DNA from: Candidatus Latescibacterota bacterium | Lineage (GTDB): Bacteria; Latescibacterota; UBA2968; UBA8231 | Length of the DNA: 64,000 bases | Reading direction: 5' to 3' | Assembly (NCBI GenBank): GCA_965242865.1 | Contig: CBDETK010000013.1 | Span: forward strand, 1-64,000 | Part shown: positions 26,108 through 34,050 of the stretch, piece by piece | Layout: every line of letters begins with the position of its first letter | How positions within the stretch are numbered: the stretch's first letter is position 1 | Position numbers and translations under genes: made by a program | Notes under the pieces: model-generated | What the model was told of the DNA's origin: nothing | The model's input: only the letters and a program-made list of their open reading frames with translations | Database searches by the model: none

Positions 26108-26150
26108 ACATCACGCGGTGGTTGTTTGCGCTGGGGATCGTCGCCCTTAG
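25935..26150 (+). repeat. 216-bp direct repeat, copy 1 (3' end of the membrane-protein gene plus downstream bases)
   Basis: Aligns to 26867..27082 at offset 932 with about six substitutions by eye. Confidence 0.92.
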
Positions 26151-26254
26151 CGGCCCCTTTCGCGGACCCGCATGTATCCTTGATAATAAGAAGGATTCTG
26201 CGTAGTATCTGACCATAGTCATAACTGGGGTCAGAATAAGCAAAAGGAGGAAGA

Positions 26255-26488
26255 ATGCCTTCCATTTCAAAGAGTAAATTGAAAGCCAATATGCTGCGCA
26301 TCTTTCGCGATATTGAGGAAACAGGCGAAGAATGGGTCGTCACCGACCACAACCGCCCGGTCTTGCGCATTCAGCCGATTGAGCAAAAAAAGACCGTGGA
26401 AGAGGTCTTCGGAGCGATTCAGGGCAAAGTCATCTATCGCGAAGACATCAATGCGCCGACGATCGACGAATGGGGCATGCTGTCGTGA
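26255..26488 (+). CDS. Phd/YefM-family antitoxin
   Basis: MPSISKSKLKANMLRIFRDIEETGEEWVVTDHNRPVLRIQP; AAGGAGG RBS; GTGA overlap with PIN toxin. Confidence 0.88.
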   Translation: MPSISKSKLKANMLRIFRDIEETGEEWVVTDHNRPVLRIQPIEQKKTVEEVFGAIQGKVIYREDINAPTIDEWGMLS

Positions 26489-26865
26489 TCGTCTTGGACA
26501 CTTCAGCCCTCGTCTTCTGGACCCTAGATCGAGATCGGCTATCGCAAACCGCAGCCCGAGCCATCGCAGACGCCGACCGCATTGCCCTTAGTTCCATCTC
26601 TATCTGGGAAATTGGCATCAAAGTAAAAAAAGAAAAACTCTTCATACCGGTTTCCATTGAGGAATTCACCCATAGATTGGTACAAATTGACCGCCTCGAT
26701 ATTCTCCCGGTAGATGTGCAGACTTGGCTCAAAAATCTCGAACTCAACTGGGACCATCGCGACCCGGCTGACCGCACCATTGTCGCTACGGCCAGTCTGC
26801 ATGCCTGTGCGCTCGTCACCTCCGATTCTGCTATCCGCTCATTTTACGCACAGGCCGTTTGGTAA
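26485..26865 (+). CDS. vapC: PIN-domain toxin VapC (126 aa; start GTG 26485)
   Basis: IVLDTSAL, SSISIWEI, HRDPADRTIVATA, LVTSD conserved acidic PIN motifs. Confidence 0.92.
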   Translation: MIVLDTSALVFWTLDRDRLSQTAARAIADADRIALSSISIWEIGIKVKKEKLFIPVSIEEFTHRLVQIDRLDILPVDVQTWLKNLELNWDHRDPADRTIVATASLHACALVTSDSAIRSFYAQAVW

Positions 26866-26866
26866 C

Positions 26867-27082
26867 TCCTCGCGTGGCTGGTCAAGGCCCTGGTGCTCAA
26901 GTACACCGGGCCGAATGGCTACAAAGCGACGCGGTGGTTTTTCCTCGGCATGGTGCTGGGGCAGTTTGTCGCCGGGGGGTTCTGGATGGTCGTCGATGGG
27001 TTTACGGGCATGACCGGCAACAGGATTCGGATGTTTTGAACATCACGCGATGGTTGTTTGTGCTGGGGGTCGTCGCCTTTAG
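26867..27082 (+). pseudogene. 216-bp direct repeat, copy 2: orphan 3' fragment of the membrane-protein gene
   Basis: Encodes LAWLVKALVLKYTG...GNRIRMF* with no start; begins 2 bp after the vapC stop. Confidence 0.88.
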
Positions 27083-27135
27083 AAGCGGTCTGAAAATCCT
27101 CAACGCCATCAAGCCGGGCAGGTGAACCTCCATGC

Positions 27136-28797
27136 CTACCAAATACCCAGCGCGACGTGCAGTGGATGCGTCAACCCCGTAGCGAGGTCTCGGGGTTCTG
27201 AGCCATCCAAGTTGGCGCTCCCAATGTTATCCTCGCCCCAGTCCGCCCAGTATATCTTTCCGCCCGCCGCATCCACCGCGAGGCCCCATGCCGTCGTCAC
27301 CTCCGTAAAGACATCTTGGGCGTCTGAGCCATTCCTATCCAAGCTGGCAGACCGAATTCTACTGCCCGTGCTCATGGACCAGGTCACCCAGTATATCTTT
27401 CTGTTCACCAAATCCAGCGCGAGGCCCGATGCATTATTCTCGCCCGTAAGGAAGTCTTGGGGGTTTTCGCCATCCAAGTTGGCATACTGAATTTTATGCC
27501 CAGCCCAGTCCGTCCAGTATATCTTTCCGCCCGCCGCATCCACCGCGATGCTCTGTGGACTATTCAATCCCGGGACGACGGTTAGCGTGTCTGATCCATC
27601 CAAGTTCATACGCCGAATCGAATTCCGGGTGGCCGTGGCCACCCAGTATATCTTTTTGTTCACCAAATCCAGCGCGAGGCCCTGTGGCTCATCGTCATCC
27701 GTGACGAAGGTTAGCATGTCTGATCCATCCAAGTTCATACGCCGAATCGAATTCGGGGTGGACCCCTCCGTCCAGTATATCGTTCTGTTCGCCGAATCCA
27801 CCGCGATGCCAGTTGGAGCACCTATGGTCGTGGTGATGAGGGCTTGGCGGTCTGATCCATCCAAGTTCATACGCCAAATCCGAGACGGTCTTAAAGCTCT
27901 ATCATCAATCGCGGAAGGGTCCGTGAAGTATAGGGCGGGCACTGGTCCCGTCGGTTCCGGTTCTTCTGGATAGACTTGGACGGTTTCGACGCGGGGGTAT
28001 TTTTCGATCACCGCTACGACCCGGAGGCCGCTTGCCATTGAGGCGGCGAGCTGTTGGTTGGCCTCGTGCTGGCTGAGGGCGTTTTCCATCACGCCCAGCC
28101 ATTGCAGGTTGGTCAGGCTGGCCAAGGGACTTATATCCGCAATCGCGTTGTCTCCTAGCTGGAGCCATTGCAGGTTGGTTAGGCGGGCTAACGGCTGCAC
28201 ATCCGTAATTTCGTTGCCCCACATATCCAGCGTGCGCAAGCGGATCAGGCTGGCCAGCGGACTCGCATCCGCCACCTTGTTCCCCCACAGCGACAACGTT
28301 TGCAGGTTGGTCAAGCGGGCCAACGGCTGCACGTCGGTAATCGCGTTGCCTCGCAGATATAGCGTTGTCAGGGCCGTTGCGTGTTCGAGGCCGGCCACGC
28401 TCTCAATGTTTTTATAGCTGGCGTCAAGTTCGGTTAGGGCCGCTAAGTCCGCCGGGGTCAGTACTCCTTGCGGGCGGTCCAACGCCTCCCTTACCGCCCG
28501 CTCCAAATTGGCGTCGGCGAACTCAACGACCACCGCTTGGGTGCTGTCAGCGTCAGCGTCGGCGGTCTGGGTGCTATCGGCGTCGGCGTCGGTTTGGGTG
28601 GTGTCGGGGCTTTCGGGGGCGGGCAGCCCGTCGGTAGCGGTGTAGGCGTCGTCGCCCAAGAATTCGCACAAGGAACAGGTGGCTTTGCCCGCTGGCCGAG
28701 AGGCGACCGGCGCGGAGTCTGAGCAGCCCATCCAAGCACCGACGATGCCCAAAAGGACGAACCCAAGCAGGGTTTTGAGAGATTTCAACGAAAGCAT
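27136..28797 (-). CDS. Lipoprotein with internalin-like LRRs and a YWTD (LDL-receptor class B) six-blade propeller
   Basis: AAGGAG RBS; WMG-C lipobox; D/A/T-rich linker; EFADANLERAVREAL cap + about six 22-aa LRRs (LTNLQTLSLWGNKV); LYFTD/IYWTE/IYWVA/IYWTD/IYWVT/IYWAD repeats with RxNLDGS. Confidence 0.9.
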   Translation of the reverse strand: MLSLKSLKTLLGFVLLGIVGAWMGCSDSAPVASRPAGKATCSLCEFLGDDAYTATDGLPAPESPDTTQTDADADSTQTADADADSTQAVVVEFADANLERAVREALDRPQGVLTPADLAALTELDASYKNIESVAGLEHATALTTLYLRGNAITDVQPLARLTNLQTLSLWGNKVADASPLASLIRLRTLDMWGNEITDVQPLARLTNLQWLQLGDNAIADISPLASLTNLQWLGVMENALSQHEANQQLAASMASGLRVVAVIEKYPRVETVQVYPEEPEPTGPVPALYFTDPSAIDDRALRPSRIWRMNLDGSDRQALITTTIGAPTGIAVDSANRTIYWTEGSTPNSIRRMNLDGSDMLTFVTDDDEPQGLALDLVNKKIYWVATATRNSIRRMNLDGSDTLTVVPGLNSPQSIAVDAAGGKIYWTDWAGHKIQYANLDGENPQDFLTGENNASGLALDLVNRKIYWVTWSMSTGSRIRSASLDRNGSDAQDVFTEVTTAWGLAVDAAGGKIYWADWGEDNIGSANLDGSEPRDLATGLTHPLHVALGIW

Positions 28798-28874
28798 TTT
28801 TTGCTCCTTTGTATGGTTGGGAAAGAAATGGTATGGAGATGTGGAAGAGGGGCAGGACGCCCCAAAAGAGGCGG

Positions 28875-28894
28875 AGTTAGCCCTAGGGCTAACT
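28875..28894. promoter_or_regulatory. Perfect 20-bp palindrome, candidate operator
   Basis: AGTTAGCCCT|AGGGCTAACT, about 80 bp upstream of the LRR lipoprotein start. Confidence 0.4.
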
Positions 28895-29159
28895 TGGAGT
28901 ACTCAGGACGCGCCCCTTGCTGTGGGTGCGCCTTTGCTAGTGGTCTCGCGGCATCCGGGGCGAGGAGATTCCGCCCTCGGTTTTTGGCAGACGGGTTGCG
29001 GGGGTGGTGCAGTAAACGTGGATCAGCATAAAGGCCGCACGGCAGCGTGCGCTTGGGGTCGTGCGGCCAGACCGACGCGACGCCCAATGGCCGCGCACGA
29101 TCCGTCGGCCTATGCTGAGAAGTAGCGAGCTTAGTGCTTGGTGCTAGCGGAGAATTTTC

Positions 29160-29198
29160 GGGGGGGGGGGGGTAAGTCGTTGTTTTTCAAGGACTTAC
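29160..29198. repeat. G13 homopolymer abutting an 11-5-11 inverted repeat
   Basis: G run 29160-29172; GTAAGTCGTTG-TTTTT-CAAGGACTTAC at 29172-29198 (one mismatch between arms). Confidence 0.7.
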
Positions 29199-29457
29199 GA
29201 TACATTAAATCCGACGATGAATCCAAGCACCCAACAGGGTTTTGCCCCACAGCAAGGCCCCTGCCTGATATGAAATGATTAACCATCGTCTCGTTCATTC
29301 GCCAACCGCGACACCAAATTTGTCGCCAAAATGCGGTTTACAAGGCCACCACAAAACAGCCGGACGCTGCGTTGTGGTACGGCCCTGATTTCGGTTCTTT
29401 GCCATCGGACATAAATAAGAGCCTAAACACAGGAGCCGCAAGTATCCTTACGGCGTC

Positions 29458-31194
29458 TCAGGGCTGGGCTGGCTCCAATCCCAACAGCACGATCAAGAAC
29501 GAGCGCACCCAATAGGCGCTGTTCATGTAGGGGTTTTCGGCCGAGGGCCAGTTCTTCCAAAAGGTCTGGTTGTGGGGGATGCGGTGGAACCACTGGAGCA
29601 GGGGAATGGCGGGCAGTTCGGCCAGCCAGATTTCGAGGGCTTGGCGGAACAGCGGCACCAGCGCCGGGTCGTCCGGCGCGGTCTGACCCATCAGATCGAC
29701 TAAGCGGTCGAAATCCGCGTTGCCCCAGCGCCAGAAGTACTGGGCGGCCGTGCCGGTGGGCTGGATGTAGCGGCTGTGGTAGAGCCGGAGGGTGAAGTAC
29801 GGGTCGCGCACGGATCCGCCGTTGCCCATGACAAAGGCGCGGGCCGTGCCCTGCGTCATGCGGGTATAGGCGTCGGAAAACATGCGGAAGGAGGCGTCGA
29901 ACCCCGCGCGGCGCAGTTGTTCAACGAGCACCGGCGTGAAGTCTTGGAAGAGGGAGGGAAAGACTACTACCGGAATTCTCAGACGCTCGCCGTTTTGCTG
30001 CCACATCCCTTCCGCATCTTTGCGCCAGCCTTCGCGCTCCATGAGGGCCGCAGTTTGGGCGAGGTCGTGCTTCCCCACCGGATACTTTGCCAGCAGATCT
30101 TGAACTTGGTCGATATAGTGCATCAGCGGCGGGAAATAGGGGAACGGCAACAGGGTGTACTCGCCGGCGCCCTGCCAGCCGATGGCCACGAGCTGGTCGC
30201 GGTCGATGGCGTGGTTTACAGCCCAGCGAATGGCTGGATCGTCAAAGGGCGGCTCTAGGTTGTTAAAGCCGAGGGCCGGCGGCCACCAGTCCCGATAACC
30301 GTAGGGCGGCTGGCGGCCCGACCAGGTGGTGACGTTGGGGTTTTGGTCGAGCAGGGTCTTAATGTTGGAAGGCCGCAAGTCAATGCACTGATCCATCTGG
30401 TTGGCGAGGATGAGCTGGACCCACTTGTTCTCGTCGCCTTGGGTTAGGTAGATGATCCGCTCCACCTTAGGCAGGCGCTGAAAGCCGATTTGAGCCGCCC
30501 ACCAGTCCGCGCGCCGGTCCCACAGCCGCTGCTGGGGACCGGAGTGCGCCAAGCGATAGGGGCCGCTAACCACCGGCAGGCCGAGGGCCAAGTCGAGGTT
30601 TTTGAACGCGGTCGGGTCTTGGCCCTCCCAGATATGCTTGGGCACGATGTGGATGCCGTTGCCAAAGTTGTAAGTAAAATAGGAAAACACAAAGCGGGGG
30701 TTGGGTGCTTTGAGCACAAACCGCGCCGTCAGGGAATCCGGCACTTCGACAGCGGCGACCCACGTATCCATGTCGGTGGAAAAGGCCAGCTCAGGGGCGT
30801 GGGCCTTGAGCATGTCAACCGTGAACTTGAGGTCGTGGGCGGTCCAGGGCCGCCCATCGCTCCACCGCACCCCCTCGCGAATGCGGATCGTCACGGCCGT
30901 GTAGTCTGCGTTGTACTCGTGGCTTTCGGCGATCCAAGGTATGACGTGGTCTTGTTCTACGTACGCGTTGTAGAAGTAGAGCGGCTCAAACAGGTAGTCG
31001 AAGCCCGGGGATTGGGTTCCGACAATAAAGGGGTTGAACGAGTCGTAATCCCGCATCTGCGGCAGGCCGAGGATGAGGGTGCGGTTGCGGGGGATGTGCT
31101 GTACGGCTCCCTCGTCCGAGCCACAGGCGGCGAGGGCCAAGCCAGCGAGCAAGCCCAAGGCGGCGAGTTTTGTCTTTGGCGGGAATTTTCTCAT
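29458..31194 (-). CDS. ABC transporter substrate-binding lipoprotein, family 5 (peptide/oligosaccharide type; start re-called to 31194)
   Basis: LAA-C lipobox; LFEPLY, IPWIAESHEYNADYTAVTIRIREGVRWSDGRPWTAHDLKFT, PPFDDPAIRWAVNHAIDR. Confidence 0.92.
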   Translation of the reverse strand: MRKFPPKTKLAALGLLAGLALAACGSDEGAVQHIPRNRTLILGLPQMRDYDSFNPFIVGTQSPGFDYLFEPLYFYNAYVEQDHVIPWIAESHEYNADYTAVTIRIREGVRWSDGRPWTAHDLKFTVDMLKAHAPELAFSTDMDTWVAAVEVPDSLTARFVLKAPNPRFVFSYFTYNFGNGIHIVPKHIWEGQDPTAFKNLDLALGLPVVSGPYRLAHSGPQQRLWDRRADWWAAQIGFQRLPKVERIIYLTQGDENKWVQLILANQMDQCIDLRPSNIKTLLDQNPNVTTWSGRQPPYGYRDWWPPALGFNNLEPPFDDPAIRWAVNHAIDRDQLVAIGWQGAGEYTLLPFPYFPPLMHYIDQVQDLLAKYPVGKHDLAQTAALMEREGWRKDAEGMWQQNGERLRIPVVVFPSLFQDFTPVLVEQLRRAGFDASFRMFSDAYTRMTQGTARAFVMGNGGSVRDPYFTLRLYHSRYIQPTGTAAQYFWRWGNADFDRLVDLMGQTAPDDPALVPLFRQALEIWLAELPAIPLLQWFHRIPHNQTFWKNWPSAENPYMNSAYWVRSFLIVLLGLEPAQP

Positions 31195-31287
31195 ACTTGT
31201 CTCCGCAGTTGCTGGGGCAACGAGCGTACCCACACGGCGCGAAAGGTAGCCCCAGCCGAGGCCGAGGTCAAAGAAAGATGAAAGTCA

Positions 31288-32910
31288 ATGCGCCATTTTA
31301 GGTTTTGCAGTGTGCTGGCCCTGTTGTTGGCCGGGTGCGGCGAGGACGAGGCCATCATCGCCCGGGTCGGCGAGGTGGAGATTGGGCGAGCCGAGTTCGC
31401 GGCTTTTGTCGAGCGCCTGCCCCCGGGGTTGCGTAGCCCCAAGGAAGGGCGGGCCGCCGACCGGGAGCACTTGCAGTCGATGATCGACGAGGAGTTGATG
31501 TTCGCCGAGGCCCGCGCCCTCGGCATCGACACCAGCTTGGCGGTTGAGCACCTGCTCCGCGAACGGGTGCGGCAACGCCTCGTAGAACGCTACCGCGCCC
31601 AAGTCATCCTGCCGCAGGTGGCGGTCACAGCCGAAGACATCGAGCGCGCCTTTGCAGAGCTGGGGTTTGACCGCGAGCGGCTCTTCAGTCGCATCTTGGT
31701 CCGCACCCGCGCGGAGCTCGCCACGGTCGGGCGCGACCTGCGCGCCGGCCAGCCTTTTGAGCACGTAGCCGCCCGGTTTGCCGCCAACGATCTCTTCGCC
31801 GCCCAGCAAGACGGCGTGGTTGGCTGGATCGGGCGCACGCAGGCTATGCGGCGGTTCTCCATCCCACCCCACGTGTTTGCGGATTTGCCGGCTGGACAGG
31901 TCGCCGAGCCGGTCGCAGTGGCTGGCGGCTATCAGGTCTTTCGCTTTGTCGAGGATCGCCCGGCCGCGCTCGCCGATTACAGCCCAGCAGTGGCCGAGCA
32001 GCTCCGCAAGGAGCGGACGCGCGAGAAGGAAGAAGAGGAGTTTGAACGCCTCCTCCTGCGCTACGACGCGCACAAAGATCCAGCGGGTGAGGCCGTTTTG
32101 CTCCGGCACTCAGACCAGCCTCTGACAGCGGCCGAGCAGAGCCATCCCCTGTACGTATATGAGGGCGGCACCATCAGCGTCGCCGAGGGGTTGGGCAGCC
32201 TGCAGGCCGTCGGCGCCGAGGGCCTATTGCCGGGCGAGGCGGTCGAGCGCATTGGGCGGTTGCTGCTGCCGGTGCGGCTTTTTGCGGCCGAGGCGCGCCA
32301 GCGCGGCTGGACCGAAGAGGCGGCCTTTGTCGAGTGGCGCGCCCACCAGCGTCGGGCACTGATCCTCGATCAGGTCTTCCAACGGGCCACGGCCGGGGCC
32401 GCGCCCAGCGAAGACGAGATCAGGGCGCATTACGAGGCCCACCAGGACCGCTACCGCACCCAAGAGGCCGTGGTCGTCCGCGAGTTGTGGACCGCTGAAC
32501 GAGCAGCGGCCGCGGCTTTGCGCGCCGAGTGGGAGGCCGGCGCGTCCATCGCCGACTTGCTCGACCGGCCCGGAGTGCGCTCGCATTTTGGCGTTAAAGG
32601 GCACGGGGTGCGCGAGCACGGCTGGGAGACGCGCCTGCTGCGCCTGTACGAGCCGCGCTATCCCGAGCTGGTGCGAGCGGCCTTTGCCGCTGAGGTGGGG
32701 CCACTCGTCGGCCCGCTGGAGAGCATGGATGGGTACGCGGTGTTCCGGGTGCTGCGGCGCGAGGGCGGCCAAATCCAGCCCTTTGCCGAAGCCCGCCGCC
32801 GGGTGGCCGCCAGCCTGCGCCGCCAGCGAGAAAACGAACAGATCGGCGCATTCATCCGCCAATTGCAGAACCAGTACAAAGACCAAGTGGCCATTTTCGC
32901 AGATTGGTAG
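31288..32910 (+). CDS. Parvulin-type peptidyl-prolyl isomerase / SurA-PrsA-like foldase lipoprotein
   Basis: LAG-C lipobox; IARVGEVEI, LQSMIDEELMFAEARALG, two degenerate PpiC-like domains (FEHVAARF..GVVGW; VGPLESMDGYAVFRV). Confidence 0.8.
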   Translation: MRHFRFCSVLALLLAGCGEDEAIIARVGEVEIGRAEFAAFVERLPPGLRSPKEGRAADREHLQSMIDEELMFAEARALGIDTSLAVEHLLRERVRQRLVERYRAQVILPQVAVTAEDIERAFAELGFDRERLFSRILVRTRAELATVGRDLRAGQPFEHVAARFAANDLFAAQQDGVVGWIGRTQAMRRFSIPPHVFADLPAGQVAEPVAVAGGYQVFRFVEDRPAALADYSPAVAEQLRKERTREKEEEEFERLLLRYDAHKDPAGEAVLLRHSDQPLTAAEQSHPLYVYEGGTISVAEGLGSLQAVGAEGLLPGEAVERIGRLLLPVRLFAAEARQRGWTEEAAFVEWRAHQRRALILDQVFQRATAGAAPSEDEIRAHYEAHQDRYRTQEAVVVRELWTAERAAAAALRAEWEAGASIADLLDRPGVRSHFGVKGHGVREHGWETRLLRLYEPRYPELVRAAFAAEVGPLVGPLESMDGYAVFRVLRREGGQIQPFAEARRRVAASLRRQRENEQIGAFIRQLQNQYKDQVAIFADW

Positions 32911-33140
32911 GGATGCCCCCCTTGTGGGCATCCGCCGAACGGATAATACGCGATGTTGCCGGTACTGCGGCAATGTAGGGACGCCCTTGTGGGCATCCGC
33001 CAGAAATACGCGATGTAGGGATGCCCCCCTTGTGGGCATCCGCCGGAAATACGCGATGCAGGGACGCCCCTTGTGGGCATCCGCCGGAAATACGCGCTGT
33101 AGGGATGCTTGTAGGCGTCCGTAGAACGGATAGTACGCAG
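32907..33140 (+). repeat. Tandem array of five GTAG-type REP-like hairpins
   Basis: Consensus GTAGGGA[T/C]GCCC(n)TTGTGGGCATCCGCCG linked by AAATACGCGAT; the fifth copy is degenerate. Confidence 0.85.
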
Positions 33141-33180
33141 CCTGTGGCGGCGCGTTGGCCTTTCGCAGAGGAGCTCACCC

Positions 33181-33903
33181 ATGAATCTACTGCTTTTCGT
33201 CGCGCTCTCCCTCGCCTTTGTCGGTCCTTCCTTGGCGGTTGACGAAGCCGTTGAAGAGCGGGCCGCAACCGGCTTCAACCGGCCTAAGACGCCGGGAAAC
33301 GCAGCTCTCCGCTCCGTTGAGAAGTGGACGCTTCCATCCCTAGGAGACGACCGTTTCCTCGGGAATTTCTCCCACAGCCAAGCGAACTTCGCCAAGGGCC
33401 TCGCCGCAACAACACCGGCCGCCTCGTCTGGCAAGCTAGGGCCTACTGGTCGGGTTGCTCTCAAGGTACTCGGCGGCACCGTTGCGGGCATAGGTTCTGC
33501 TCTCGCGGCTATTTATCTTCTTCTTGCGACTTCCGACTGGTGTGGTGAGGACTGGTGCTCAGAAGAGCAGGACGAAGAGAGCTTGGAAGAGAGCTTGGCA
33601 GGAGGAGTGATACTATTGTCTTTTCCGGCAGGCATAGCGGTCGGCGTGAGTGCATTCGATCGGGACGACCGATTCATCTATCCGCTGGCCGCAAGCGTGT
33701 TGGGCTTTGGAGCAGGAGTTGCGATCGACATGGCAATAGCAAAGGGTGGCCTCTTTGTGGGAGCTATGGGGTGGTTACCCCTCATCGCGGCAACCGTTGC
33801 GTCCGAGAGGTCTCGCGAGCAGCCTGAGTCTCGCCGATACTTGATTGGCTTGCGGCCGGAACCGGGCAGGGGATTGTCTGCGGTCGCCGCGTTGCGATTC
33901 TAA
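33181..33903 (+). CDS. Hypothetical membrane protein with signal peptide
   Basis: GAGGAG RBS; signal peptide; Gly/Ala-rich TM helices; CGEDWC loop; C-terminal F. Confidence 0.75.
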   Translation: MNLLLFVALSLAFVGPSLAVDEAVEERAATGFNRPKTPGNAALRSVEKWTLPSLGDDRFLGNFSHSQANFAKGLAATTPAASSGKLGPTGRVALKVLGGTVAGIGSALAAIYLLLATSDWCGEDWCSEEQDEESLEESLAGGVILLSFPAGIAVGVSAFDRDDRFIYPLAASVLGFGAGVAIDMAIAKGGLFVGAMGWLPLIAATVASERSREQPESRRYLIGLRPEPGRGLSAVAALRF

Positions 33904-33998
33904 TTTGTGGACATCTTTGTGGACATCCGCCGCGATGCAATGTAGCATCCGCTTGTAGGCATCCGCCGAAAGGTTTACAAAAGAACGGATAGTACGCA
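33904..33998 (+). repeat. Degenerate REP-array remnants
   Basis: TTGTGGACATCCGCCG, CTTGTAGGCATCCGCCG and AGAACGGATAGTACGCA (33982-33998, identical to 33123-33139). Confidence 0.7.
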
Positions 33999-34050
33999 AT
34001 TTTTCCATCCACTCATGCAGCTCATGCGGCACGAGGGAGATCGCCAAACC

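Noticed and set aside
32907-33140. Possible CRISPR array
   Set aside because: The linkers are short and near-identical (AAATACGCGAT) rather than unique spacers, the repeats vary in length, and no cas genes are present. It fits REP elements better.
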